A DNA stretch of 64,000 nucleotides, taken from the NCBI GenBank assembly GCA_905331295.1, contig CAJNYD010000074.1:124001-188000 (forward strand), given 5' to 3'. Below are positions 25,668 to 39,781 of this stretch, piece after piece. The DNA comes from Rotaria socialis. Lineage: Eukaryota. The notes under the pieces were generated by a model, which had not been told where the DNA came from, ran no database searches, and saw nothing but the letters and a program-made list of their open reading frames with translations. Every line of letters starts with the position of its first letter. Position 1 is the stretch's first letter. The translations under genes were made by a program, and so were the position numbers.

Positions 25668-26588
25668 ACAAATTTTTCTATTGTTAACAACCGTACATAA
25701 GATCATTTATTGTTATGTTTTGCCGAAAGAATGTTATCGTCAACCGCTTATTCTAGTTTTCATTTCATTGTCAGTGTTGGCAATTTATGAAAAAAAAGAA
25801 AATAAAACCACTAATGATTTTAAAATTTAGTTGAATAATTTATTGTTATCTGTGGATGACTTTTTTTCATTCATGGGCGCAGTATAGCTACATGTTGGTC
25901 AAGTGAAAAGAATTTCTAACTCGGTTCCATATATTGTTCAAACGACACTGATAAATAAACGTTTTAGTTCTACTTTGATTGCTTGCATGCACTGACAAAG
26001 CAATCAATTAAATACGTTCAGGCTTATCTTGAATAACACTTATAAAAGAAAAAAGAATCGTACCACTCGGCTATCAATGATTTCAAATGCACAAGAGAAA
26101 ATTCTAAACCAAAGACTCGGAGTTGGACACGTGAAAAGTTTTAATCTTTTCGTCAGTTTGGATAAACTGGAAAAATCAACTACCAATACAAAGTAACTTA
26201 GCCGTATTCTACATACAGCATTGAGTCAATGTAAATTCAAAAGGAATTACTTGTAAACAGCCTATGCGTTGCTGAATAACGGGTGGACCATAGTAAATTG
26301 CACTAAATCTTCATCACTTTTTTCGTCCATTTCTTGTTTTTGGAGCATACGCGTGTGCGTATCAAAACTTAGAGAATTTCAAGCTCTGTAAAAACTATCG
26401 ACTTTGTTTATCAAAGAACTTTTCGTTTTTGCCGCATAAGAAGAAATATTCACGTCTTGCTTGTTCAACTACGGCATGCTGTTTCTTGCTGGCAGGTGTC
26501 GTGTACTAGAAGTTTCTGTTCACTTTGATGTGCATATTGAAAAATCAAATTGTCAAAGGCCAAACCTATTCTCGGAGAGATTTATAAC

Positions 26589-26983
26589 TAGAGATGTCAG
26601 CCGAAGGGTTGAACGGCGGCGGGCAACAATTTTCAATTTTTAAAGATTTCCATCGGCTTGTTATTTGAATGAGTAATGTTTTCAGTGGCGGCTGCTATAA
26701 ATTCTTAAATTTTTTTCCACAGCGGCGGCGCCGGTTGATTTTTGCAAATCGTTATGTGACGGCGGTGGCTGAGTTAAAAATTCACTGATGAAAATTGAAA
26801 AGAAAAATGTTCGATTTGATCGCATATGTACTGATGTCAGCGACGGCGGATGACGCTCTCAAAAAGGTTTATCTCTTGCAGCGGCGCAACGGCTAAACTT
26901 GTTTTTTTCGCAGCGGCGGCTCCCCAAAAATTCTTAAAATTACCAGCAATTTGGTGGCGGCGGCCGCACGGCTGACACCTCTA
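26589..26983. mobile_element. hAT-type MITE (395 bp)
   Basis: 15-bp TIRs TAGAGATGTCAGCCG / CGGCTGACACCTCTA (1 mismatch); perfect 8-bp TSD TTTATAAC at 26581-26588 and 26984-26991; many CGGCGGC subterminal repeats. Confidence 0.9.
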
Positions 26984-27748
26984 TTTATAACTATGCCATC
27001 GGATGTAGAATCTGAATAGGATGATGTAACTGTTAAATTCAGTAACTAAAAATCTTAGATTCTTTTGAATTGAAAAACGATCGGTGCTCTGAATTCATCA
27101 TAAAAAGAAGTTTTTATGCTTTCACATTTTTTCCTCGGAAGTTTTGAAATATGCAATCATAGTTTCTCTGCCGCCAGAGTTTAAGAATTAGATGGATGCA
27201 GATCTTTTGAACTAGAACTTGCCAAGGAGAATTTATTTGTTAAGCTGAATATTTTTCGATTTGAAAATGAATATTTTTGATGAATAGTAGAGAACGCAAA
27301 ATTGTTTAGTGCAATCTATTGTGACCCATCCATTACTATTGAGGATAGTTTATAGATGAATTTATATATCTATCCTTGAATGCACTAACAAATAATAGAG
27401 TTATAGATAAAAACTTGTTTCACACTACACGAGAAAAAACATAAGCAACATTCCGGAATAGCTATTTTCATGCTTTAATGATTTTCATGTAGTCTCGACA
27501 CTTTTGTTTTTTATATCTACATCAAGAGCCTTTATTCATATTTGTACTATTGAGTACTATTCATCAAATATATCGAAGATCCAAAAAACGCTTCGAATCT
27601 ATGATTTTCATTTTTGCATTCGACAATACAACATTTTCTTTATTACTGATTTTCAATTACAAAATCAAAATCAGAAATACGTCAGACAAAAACAAAACAA
27701 AGATCGTGTATTAAAACAGAAAAAATATTGACATTAAAATCGGACAAA

Positions 27749-29714
27749 TTATTTAATTCCAAGCCAGAAAGATTCAACTAAACTTTTTATTTGTGCACCG
27801 TAACTCTAAAACGCAAAAGATAGATAAAAGATAATTATTCGCAAAAGATGAAATAACAAACTTTAGGTGATTCAACCGATTTAATTGGCTGCGGATGAGC
27901 ATCGAGACATTTTTGATAACGTAACTAAACAAGTATAATATTAGAAATAAAAAGACAAGCAAACTTAACCATAATAATTTACTTTACAAGCAGCTTCTAT
28001 ATTTTTACATAGTTGAACACATGATGGTTGACAATTGAATACATGACATTTAAAGGAATTATCTGCACAGTGGACAATTATTCCACAAAAACTATAAACG
28101 AAAATATGAGATCAATATCAATGAAGATTAAAATTAGTTTACCGAATATCATGTCCAACGCCGAGAAACGAAAGATAACGAATACGACAATCGATTAACT
28201 GTTCTTTGAAATCCTACCGGAAACAAAAACAACAAAATAAAAATTGTCTTTTGCCTTAGAAAAAAATCGACGCACATCATCAGAACAAACAACGATTGAG
28301 GTGGGTGAAATTTTGACTATAACTGGAACCCATTTATCTTCTGGTATAGTCATGTATATTTTTTCAATCGCTGGTCGTAGAATATTCATTCCACCTGGCT
28401 TTTCAACTAATGTACAACCTAAATATTTACATGGCAAATTATTCTTTTGTTCTTCCATAGGTGTTGGAAATTGTGCTAAAATTTTCAAAAGACAAACAAT
28501 TTTTTTTCAAATATTTCAAAACAAAATGTTTAAATTTTTACAATTTGTAATATCACTCTCGATTGATACAGGAAATGATGTTGGCCTAAAGAAAATGATT
28601 TCGAACGTCAAATGAAACAATTTCTTCAACGAAATTTACCGTTTTTGTATTAACATTCCATCATTTGAAGATTCCGTTGTATGATTTAATAAGCCACGTT
28701 GAATCATCAGGTTTTTGCATACATCACGTAGTGTATTCGCAATTATTCTTGCCGATGTATTATCACAACGAAATACATGACATTTATAAGCAATTGTGGA
28801 ACGACTTTTATCTTTTGCAACATAAGCGAAATCTCTACAAGATTAAACGTAAATTTTATTAATTCAATTAATTTTTTTCGTTGAAACCTTGAATTTTCTC
28901 TTCCGACACCCCAAACTCGAAGTGATGGTATTGATTGTTTATGTATAATAGTCATTTCAATAGGATCGATTAAAAGTATATCTGTATTATTAATATCCAT
29001 ATAAAGATCTTTACCATCACCCCAACGACTAATTGAATCATTGATTCCATTGGTTAATTCGTAAATACAACGATTGACAGATTGACTAGTTTTCTCGTTT
29101 GTTAAATCTTCTTCATCTATACTTGTCCAACCAAGTGAATGTACATAGAAACGATGTTGTTCAGAATTCTTATCCAATGTCTAGAAGAAAATCAAATATT
29201 TATGGAGAAAAAATAATAACAATATGAGATTTACTGAAATGGAAATATCAGATTCACTTTTATTTAATAATGCATTAATTTCAAAACATGTATCGTTCGA
29301 TGATGACGAAAGGGTTAATGACGGGGAATTTATCATTGATTCAGGTCGATCTCGTGTTACAGTGCCAGTAATTTTATGCCAATAATAAATACCTTGTTCA
29401 TCTGAAAAATATTTTCAATTTATAAAACATGCACATGACTATCAATTGTTACCTTCAAAACGTTCCCAACCTAATGGAAGATTTATTTCCTCGTCCATCT
29501 AAAAAATCAAAATTAATTTTTTTATAAAGATAAAAAAATCGGGTACGAACTATTATTGTTCGTTCGCTAGATATTTGTATTCCACTATCTGTTGATTCCG
29601 TTGGCGATGAAATATTTTCAAGAAGAATAGATTTTCTAGAAACAAGTAAAACAAATCGAAAGTTAATTAAAATGAAAAAAAGAATTATTTCTTACGAATT
29701 AAACTGATAGTCAT
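27749..29714 (-). CDS. APBB/Fe65-family adaptor (WW-PTB-PTB); start uncertain
   Basis: WW LPLGWERFEDEQGIYYWHKITGTVTRDRP; PTB1 RFYVHSLGW...LRVWGVGREN; PTB2 QFPTPMEE..CKYLG..DCRIRYLSFLGVG..HVFNCQP; LRYQKCLDA; last exon SYGAQIKSLVESFWLGIK*. Confidence 0.88.
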
Positions 29715-31187
29715 TTGTTAGACTAACTAGAAAAGAAAACATAATTGATTGTTGAAATCAAAAATAAGATGACGAATTCTTTATTTTTATTTTGGAAGAC
29801 AATTCAACTTTACCATAATTCTCAAATAAAGGATTTTCAAACGTTATCCAATAATTTGTTTTTCGAATATTTCTCCAATAGTTTAAATGATGAATATATT
29901 TTAAACGATAATTATTCAATGATTTTTCTAACCCATGATTAACTTTAATATGCATATCGCTGATCATGATCTGGTATTTGTTACACAGATCAATGTTTTT
30001 ATTTCTCTTTTATTCCGCTCAGGAAATATATAAAAACGGCTAATAATCATCGAATGTTCTTTTCTCTTTTCCTACCCAAAAAGGGAAATCGGGACAAACA
30101 ATCTTTTTTCTTTCGCTCTTTGTCTCTCTCGCTCTCTCTCTTCTTCTCTCTATGCATATAACCAGAATTTACGATTATTAAGAAGTCAGTATCTTTCATT
30201 GTATATTATTCGTCAGGCTCAAGAGTTCATATTAGCATATGAGTAATAGAAATGCAGAGATAGAGAGAAAAACTAAATATATTATATCTATATATTATAA
30301 ATCAACTTTTTTTCTCTGCTGATTTCAGTAAATTTGCATAAAAAAACGAGAGCGATGATGCGAGATTGGCTGAAGGTTGATTGAAAAATCTAGGCGTCTT
30401 TGCCGAGCATAGTAATAATCAGTTATAAGAAGAAGAAAAAAAAGTTATTTGATTAGAACGTAGAAAACAACAACATCAGTATTAGAGTCTAACTCACTAA
30501 TCAAGTGCTCTTCTTCGAAGATGTTACAACAACGGAGAGTTCTTTTTTTTCTTCTTCTTCTTCTTCTTCTGGCTCTCAATATGCAGATCATCGAAAAGAA
30601 GAGTAAATTTGATCAATTTTTTTCTTCTCTCTTGTGCATGCTAGCAAATGTACTTCATGATTCCTTTGAGATTTTTTTCATCACTACTCATCATTATCAA
30701 TCGTCGCTTGAAGAATGTACACGCAATCAATGCGATATTATTTTGAGTTGCAATGCAAATAACAAAACTCTAACTTCTTACTTCGTGTGATCGAGGCATT
30801 GTTGTGATCTTATGAACAATAAAATATTGAACCAACGAACGAATAGTTAAATCTAGATGATGGAGCTACATACGACGTAAAAAAATTAATGGAATATAGC
30901 GCTCGGAAATAATTAAGTTTTCTGAAAATTGAAAATGTGAATTTAACTTTCGAAAGAATGTTTTGATATAATTTCAAAACTGAGAAATATCGCAATGGCA
31001 CTTCATTTGAATAGATCAAGTTTGTGCACATCAAGAATGAAAAACTAGCTGATATTCAAAAGCATTATGCACCACTAACTATGACGAATATTCGTTTGGA
31101 AACAATAAAAATTTTCTTTTCAATTTATTATCTGTAGATTTCTTTTTAAGTCTCATTTACCTTTTATGTACAATATCGACTAGGCCA

Positions 31188-34100
31188 ATGTCTCGTCGAA
31201 TACCTTCTTTTTCGGATCTTAATATCCGTACCCAACAGCCCATAAAACGTTTTAAAACAGCTGAAACTTCTGCTGATGCTTCATCGTATCGTAATATTTT
31301 TGAACAATTTGATGATGTCTCACCACCACCTACAGTGAAAACAACTACAGAGAAAATAATACCAAAAACTGTTCCTTCAAAATTATCCTCGCAACAATTT
31401 TCATCAACGTCATCATCAACAGCACGTTCAATAATGGCTAAGCAAATTGTGAAACAGGATGATGAGCTTTGGTCAATGCTATTTCAACCGAAATCACGCT
31501 ACGATCTTATTCTTCATCAAAAAAAAATTAAAGATCTTGAACAAATACTACAAATATCATGTGGCATTGTTACAACAGATAAAGTAAATGATAATTCATT
31601 ATTGCTTTTTTGTTGAAAAAAAACACATCGTTTTTATTCAGCGACCATCAAAATTAATACTTATTTCTGGTCCAACCGGTTCGGGAAAATCAACATGTTT
31701 ACGAATACTAGCTGCTTCATTGAATATTAATATTGTTGAATGGGAAACTCGAACAACATCATCTTTAACAAACACTGCACAAGATGAATATCGAGGTTCG
31801 TTTTTCGTTAAGACCTATTTGCTTGCGAATGACCCTTGGTACTTATTAGAAATGTTATACATCGTTGAAATGATTCTAAACTTGAGTTCATTATCTTTAA
31901 ATCAAAATTCCGAAAAACCAAAGCGGTCTTAGATCTCGTATGTCTATGGCATCGATGTAGTTATTGAGTTGTGTCTGATGAAGCTATGATTAATGTGCCA
32001 GCTGCAATATGTGTGCATTTAGAAACTGCAATGTATACATTTCGGAAATTTTTAATTCTTTCGATGAAATAGGGAACATGAATAAAATACTAAAAGAAAG
32101 ACAAAATGCTTTCATTCTATCGAACTTCATATCAATTTTTACAATAGTCTGATAATGTATCCTTCGCAGTTAAAAACAATTTCATTTAGTTGAACAACAA
32201 TTTTGAACAGTGATTTTTATCATCTAAATCCATCATGTTCTAAATATTATAAGTAAACAGTACAATTGTGTTTGCTTTTGTCCTTTTTCTCTCCAATAAA
32301 TTCTCACTTTAAACTGAAACAGTTGTTCGCGAGTTAATATATCAACATAACTTTTCGTGTTTTTCAAGCTATTTATTCATGTGGCAAGTTCTTTCTTTGC
32401 GAAAATGAAAAACTAATCGCCTCAATTGTAACTGTATAGACGCAATAGGTTTTGTCAAAGATAAATATACGCACAATGTTCAAAGAAAAACCTAACATTT
32501 GACCTTGAATGATAGACTAAACCTAAATTTGATCGAAATATAAATGAAATCGGTTTCGTTGCAGGTAGAAAATAAAGTAATGACTTTTGAAACAACACCA
32601 GGTAGTTATTTTGATAGAAGTATACATAGATTCTGTTCTTAACAATGTTTATCAGAGAGAAAAGATTTCTCTACGAAATATTTCTTCATCTTTGAAACTT
32701 GACTGTTCGAACTATGGTTCGATAAATCCATTTTTTAGAATGCTTTTTGTATGCCTCAGCATTTGTTTTTCAATTCAAATTTAGATGATCGCCAATGGAC
32801 TGAATCTCAAAAGCGTTCATTTCGTACTTTTGCATTTCAATCAACTCGCTATCTATCATCATCAACGGGAAATTGTAGTAACGGTTTAATATTTGAAGAT
32901 GAAAATGAACAATCCACAGTTAAATCACACTCAACATCATCGACGAAACAAATTGTATTAATTGAAGTAAGTTCACATTTTTTTTATTAATCGAACAAAA
33001 CAAAAAGAAAAAAAAATATAATTTCAACTACGTGTGATTATATTTTATACGAAAAATAGAAAAGTGTTTGTTTTTTGCTCATAAAGATAAATATTTATTT
33101 TAAGCACTTGGTGCAGTTGATGAAGCACCGGCTGATCCTCTTGATTTGTAATTAACACTTGATAGAGGATTCACCATTGATGATGGCATAGATGGCATCG
33201 GTTTTTTCGTTATAATTCGAATACCTGCTGCTGCAGCAATGCCTGCAAGAAGACCAATAAGTAATCCAACAATAATAGCTGCAGTTTGTGCACCACTTGA
33301 ATACGATTCTTTAGTAACTACTGCTCCAACTGAATGTGTTGATATATAATGTCTTGAAGTTACCAATGATTTAGATTTAGCTGTAAATGTTACGCTAGAA
33401 CCATCATCTAATGTCACATCGAACTTAAATTTTCCACTGTCAATAGCTCGTGTTAAAGAATCACGTGCTGCTTCGACTGTTGGTTCGTTAGTATTAAAAG
33501 TAGGAGTTGGTCCTGGTATTACTGTTTGACCGAGAATAGTAAAAAATACGCTTACATCATTACTAACACGTTCATGATCAATATCCAAATCAGCAAGACG
33601 TGAATATTTTATTTGCGTTGCATTTATCAAATTGAAGTATACTTGTCCAATTAATCTAAGTCTATTTAAATTGTTACTATCGATGGTATTACCTTTGTTA
33701 AGATTGAGAGTAAAAACAAGATGTGAATACGGATAGCCAAGTGAGCGATAACATAAACTTGTATCGAAATCATCTGGATATCGTTCATGAGACATTTCAT
33801 AAAATTCATATTCGACATCTTCGGTACGAATAGTCAATGGTGATGGATTACTCGGATCTGGAAATCGAAATGATTTTAAATATAAGCTTACTGGATAATC
33901 GAATCCTTTTGGTCGATCAGGTGTTGCAGTAGCAAATGGAGCACGTATTGACCATCCATATTCCATGTTGGTTACTGCCCATGTTTCACCTGTTGTCATA
34001 CCATTATCTGGATCTACTATAGCAGGGAAATTATCAACAGATGTTGTTAATATTGTACATTTGATAGCATTGCCACGACACGCTGAAATGATACAAAGCA

Positions 34101-37100
34101 AGTGAATGAATAAAAAATTTATACTCTATTTTGTTATACTTACGTCGTAATCCATTATATTCCCAAGCCTTTTCAGGCGGACTAAATATAAATCTAGCTT
34201 CGTGTATAATAAAAAAAAGAATTGGATCACTGATTGCACTAACAGGTGATGTTCTCACACCTGCGCTGATTTTACAGCTACCAACACGACGGTCAATAGT
34301 ATAGGTTAAATTATCACTATAATCATGAATAACTGATTCAAAATCCTCGGAGCCAGGTGGCATATAATCATAACGTAAACGTCTTGCTTCACCGTCACGA
34401 CCTTGATTATAGCGTATATGAAATCGTTGCCATCTAGCAGAGCGTGATGTTGAAGCATCAACACGAACACTAAAATGATTTGGCCACTCAACACCTACAT
34501 CTTTAAGTGATATTAATTCTTGACCGGGACCACTGGAACAAAATACACCTTTTGGTGGTGATAATGCAGCAGCTGACTCTATAATGCCTGGTCGAAATGA
34601 ATAAACATTAAATACTTCATCGAATTCCGCTGCTTGTGTGCCATTAGGAAAGTCATATGAAGCACTAATTAATGCTTGAACAGGAGTGGTGTAATTATCA
34701 TTTGTGCTACCTGGTAATTTAACAGTTTCTTGAGCAAAATACCATATACGTCGTACAGTTCGAAAATCTGTTTTATTGATATAACAACTTTGCCATTTGT
34801 GAACTGGAATTCCACGAGCTATATCTGTACCAAGATAAACCGGTGTTATTCGTCGACTAGGATCTTCGCTTGAAAATAAAAGAAATTCATTCATCGGACG
34901 AACATGCCATTCAGTACTAGGTGCGATTTGTATTGCGGATGCACCATCTAATAAATAATTAAAAAAAAACTACTGTAGAAAGTGTTAAATTTTTCATTTA
35001 AACATACCCATATCCTGATTGACTGTAATATTTGACACAACACAATAATCGGTTCCAATATACGTTGATTTCTTTAGTTTATCATAGTAGAAATATTCGG
35101 CATCAATAAAACCGTTTTTATTTTTAACTATAATTAGTTTATTTGCATCGTAATCGTAAAGATATTCAGTGAGAGTTAATTCACTCGGTGCAGTAAAATT
35201 GAATGTTGGCAAATTCTTTATTTCGACTCGTTCTAGAGCAAATTCAGCTTGCCTGGGAAACTTAGGCATCGGTGGTGGAGGCAGTGGAGAAGGCGTGACT
35301 GGTGGACTAATTGTACACAGCTTTGGGTCTCCATTCCAATCGGGCGGTGCTGCCGTCTCTTGAGCTTGATATTTACCAATAAATAGCAGTACAAGAAAAA
35401 CACATACACTGTGTTGTTGCATCTTTACTTTACTAAATGAATAAATGAAAATGATATGAAACTGTTACTTGTTTAGCTGTAAAATTAAAAAAACTGATAA
35501 GATAAGAAAGCTTCGAGATGCACAAAAAAAAGAAAAGATAGCTGAATAACTAGCTTTCTGTTGTTGTTTAATGATAAGACATAAGGACAGATATAACTAA
35601 CAAGTTTTTTTTGTTTTTTATGCAATATTTATTTTAGGATTTGCCAAATGGATTTTATTCAGACGTATCATCATTTCATTCTATTCTAAGGTGGACTGCA
35701 TAATAAAATTACTAAAAAGCTAAATAAATAAAATAATTTTTTTCCTATATATTATTTTCCATATAGAGAATTAAAACGTACAGCGTATCATCCAATTGTA
35801 TTTGTTATAACAGATAATAGTTCATTATCAGCATCGAATAATCCTAATATTTTATTTTCATTGTCAATTATTGATGAATTAAAAATTGAACAGATCAGGT
35901 TATAAATTCCATTGAAAAGAATCTTCACTCATAAGCTTTCTTTTTGTTGTTTTCCTCTAGTTTCAATCCAATTGCACCAACTTTTATGAAAAAAGCTCTT
36001 GAATTAATTATTCATCAAGCGTCTCTATTAGTATGTTTGTATATTTTTGAAATTAATTTTTAGTCTGTTTTCTTCGTGAATTTTAATAGAAATTAAAACC
36101 ACCACCACGTGATTGCATTACTGATATTATTCAAACAGCAAATGGTGACCTTCGTTTAGCAATTAATACATTACAATTTTCTAGTAAATCTATTTATAAT
36201 AGAATTTAGTGAAAGATGATATTATGAGTTTTTTCCCTCTCTTTCTTTTCCTTTTAAGGTAATAATAAATTAAAAGTCTCAATAGGAAAATTGAATTCAA
36301 AAGATACATGCTTATCATTGTTTCAAGGTCTTGGCCGAATTTTATATAAAAAAGGTTATTTTTTGTTCTGTTTCTTTTTTTAAATTAATTTACTATTATT
36401 TATAGATTCCGAAGAAGATTCAACAGATGAAAATAAAAATCAACCTGAAGTATAAGATATTATCAAGTTATATATTTGACGGTGAATTATTTTGAATATT
36501 TTAGAATTTTATTGAACAATGTCATATATCAGCACCAACTTTTATTGGTTTTCTATTTGAAAATTATATTGATTTTTATTCTTCAATTGATGATGCAGCG
36601 ACTTTATGTGATCATTTCAGTATAACTGAACATATTCTTAACGAATGGGAGGTAAAAGAGAAAAGCAAATATTTTCATATATCGGTACCATTTATAATCA
36701 TTGAATTCTAGTCACGTTCACAACTCCTATCTGTATCATCAAGTATTGCTTGTCGAGCAGTACGTTTATGCAATTCTGTTCCAATGAGTCGAGGTTTTAA
36801 ACCATTGCGTAAACCACAGGAGAGTGATGTTAGAACGAGAGTATGTGTTTCTATTGATTTAGCTAGGATGATGATAGATTTCTTTTTATAGGTACAAAAA
36901 AATCAAACATTATTGTCAACAAATAAATTATGTTAGTTATTTTTGTTTTGCTTATTAATTAAAATTTTGGTGTATTATAATTTATAGATTATGGCTGTTC
37001 AAGAGAAGAATATTTTTGTACTGTTTTACCTTATCAAGCTTTTCTATTGAAAATATCGCGTTCTGAAACAACAAGTAAGTAGAACAATAAATGGGAGGCT

Positions 37101-39008
37101 AATATTTGTCGCGTACTTGTTTATCCTATTTTAGTCTAATGCTATTGACATGGCATGTCTGATGTATACCGAACGTAGGCGCTAGCTTTAAAAGATTGTT
37201 TTGTACGATGATAAAATAGCTCGTTTGCTAGTACTAAAGAAAACCATCGTTAAATTTTTACTTCTACACTCTATGGTTGAAATCTAAGATAAAACATTGA
37301 TTTTTTTAAAGTTTAGTTATGCGCTCGTTTTCTGACTCTTATAGACGATTAGATCATATTCTCCTGTAGGCAATATTGAATGAGCTATCCCAGGGCGAGA
37401 AAGCAGATGGCAAGATCTTACAAGAATCGTACGTGTAATCATATATGATCTGATAAGATCAGACGAAAAATCGTACGCAAAATCGTCGTCTCTGATTTCT
37501 TACACTCAGCCGTATCAGAAGATTCTGGAAAGGTTCTGCTACCTATAGAAATTTCACTGTGATATTTTAATTAAACTAATATCTTCTTAAAATATTACGA
37601 CAAATTTGTATTGAAAATAAATTGCGTGTGCGATCTTTACAGAAAATATAGTTTGATCTGATGCAAGATTACAGAGACGACAATTTTTTGTCTGATGCGT
37701 ATAAGATTTCGTTCGAACTGTAAGATCTTACGTCAAATTTTTCGACCTGGGATGGAATAATTTAATCATTGTGATTGTCACTTGCAATGAGATACTAATC
37801 TTCGACCAAGTTAAATCGTAATAGAAAAATAATCTTCTAATCATCATGCGCCGCTCTTCGTTCACTAATTATCTAAACGTTACAATACTTTAAATAGTTA
37901 GACGAATCACTCAGTAATTCTACACTTTTGTACTAGCTACAACTTAAGCAACATATTTCAAACAAATTAATGTTTTTAGATGCAACAAATCGTTCGATTC
38001 TTGATATTGGTTTTATTAATCGACATGCGAAGAAATGGTAAGTTTTCATCGAATTAACACTTATCGAGTAATCAAATTGATTGATTTCTCAGAAAGCAAA
38101 GGTTAAAAGTGATAAGTTTCTGTCACATATATTGCAAAATAAATAATAAATCATGTGCAGATACTAAACATGTTTTATTTGTGTCAGCGAACTGATCTTC
38201 AAGACGTTCACAATTCATAATTACAATTTCCTGCTCAGCTCTAAATATTTACAAACGTCCAGATTACTGACGCTCTACTTCGTTAGACTAAACAAACAGT
38301 GAACTCTACATGTAGAATATATTATCCTGAAAAGAAATTAGCTCTCGAGTTCAAGATATCTTCAGATTCGTGAATACGAAAAAGCTCTATTTATTTTTCC
38401 TCTTGAGAAATGAAAAGAATTTAAAAAAATATATTTTAGTTTTCAAATTATTGATTAATAAAAGATACTCGTTTACTATATGACATCGATTTCACACTAC
38501 CTGCTTTTGGTTTTTTATTCGAATCTGAACCTTATTGAACATTGTTTTTTGTTTAAAACATCATTTTTCACAAGAAAAAGAGCGAAATCATTCAAGGAAA
38601 AACAAATTTATTGTTTAATGAAAATCAATCATTTTCTATTGTATTATTTAGTAAAAACTATGTTAGATCGCAAAGTATACAGTGATATGTAGTATAATCA
38701 ATTATGTTTATTTTTTATCTGATACTACTGATTATACTTAGTTAACAGGATAATTATAACGATCGAATACAAATTAGATTGTTGACAGTATCTTATGATA
38801 AAGAAATATAAAATAATTTTTGTTTTCATTATTTAGCAACGACATAAATTCAATGGTAACTGGAAAAAATAGTTCAATTGCACTCCTTACCGACAATACT
38901 CAAACAGATGAGACGTCTTATAATTTTTCGTTAACTCATGCAACAACAATCAAATTAAACGAACTTGAATACGATGATAATGTTGATATAGATATTATTG
39001 ATGATTAA
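31188..39008 (+). CDS. RAD17: Cell-cycle checkpoint clamp loader RAD17
   Basis: LWSMLFQPKSRYDLILHQKKI, Walker A LISGPTGSGKST, IVLIEDLPN, FNPIAPTFMKKAL, ANGDLRLAINTLQF, LSLFQGLGRILYKK, FLFENYIDFY; acidic C-end DIDIIDD*. Confidence 0.9.
33100..35422 (-). CDS. ~733-aa type-I membrane protein (signal peptide, Pro-rich linker, two repeated beta-rich LolA/ependymin-like modules, TM), nested antisense in a RAD17 intron
   Basis: Exons 35422-35008, 34947-34144, 34082-33100 (2202 nt, in frame); signal MQQHSVCVFLVLLFIGKYQA; repeated P..F..RV/YDY..N/RG..W/C motifs; TM AAIIVGLLIGLLAGIAAAAGI. The fold assignment is inference. Confidence 0.8.
37389..37751. mobile_element. MITE with CCCAGG termini (CMC/EnSpm-like), in a RAD17 intron
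   Basis: TIRs CCCAGGGCGAGAAA / TTTTTCGACCTGGG; AT on both flanks (2-bp TSD); internal GATCTTA and ATCGTACG repeats. Confidence 0.75.
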
Positions 39009-39416
39009 AGGTTCAGATTTAGTTTTGTATTTATACATATATACATATATATATAACTCTTTCATATCTAATCATGTCTATTTTGTATAACTATTTTTCT
39101 TTCTTTTAAACAAAACCAAACAAAGTCGAAATTGAATTTTGCTAAAATATATATATATATATATATATAATTTATATGCAAAAACCAGAGAGAAGACAAA
39201 CAAAATGAAAATAGATAATATGTCGGAATAGATAAAAAGCAAGAACAAAAAGAAATAATTCAAAGTATAATTAAGGTTGTATTTATAAGAGCAAAACAAG
39301 GAACGGTTTACGGAATTAGGAAAGAACCAAGGAACTCTGTTTGTCAAAAAAAATTTCTTTTTTTTTCGTTGGAAAATGTCTTTTGTCTGTACGGAATCAA
39401 TTTTGATGGAAATGTA

Positions 39417-39750
39417 TTATTGCCATAAACGAGCCATTTTAGCGCTCGTTGGCTCATAGCACAACTCATTTCTTCCAGTATTAGCAGCTGCTGTTGTTGT
39501 TGTTGTTGTATACAAAATTGGTTCTTGTTTAATTAAATTTCGACTCATTATATTCTGATGCTGTTGTTGCTGTTGTTGTCCAGTGAGAATAATTGAATTC
39601 GGACTATTTGTTAACATTATTGTTTGTGCTGAACCAACATTTGCTGTTTGACAATCACGATTTATTATACTAAATCAAAAACAAAATAGAAAATAGATAA
39701 TTAATAAAAAGAAAATAGTATTCTTACTTAATAGGTAAATTTGTTAGTGA

Positions 39751-39781
<31 letters not shown>

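Noticed and set aside
25870..26480. Coding-looking fragments downstream of RPL5 (minus strand)
   Set aside because: Frames are interrupted by stops and no homology was recognised; possibly pseudogene debris but unsupported
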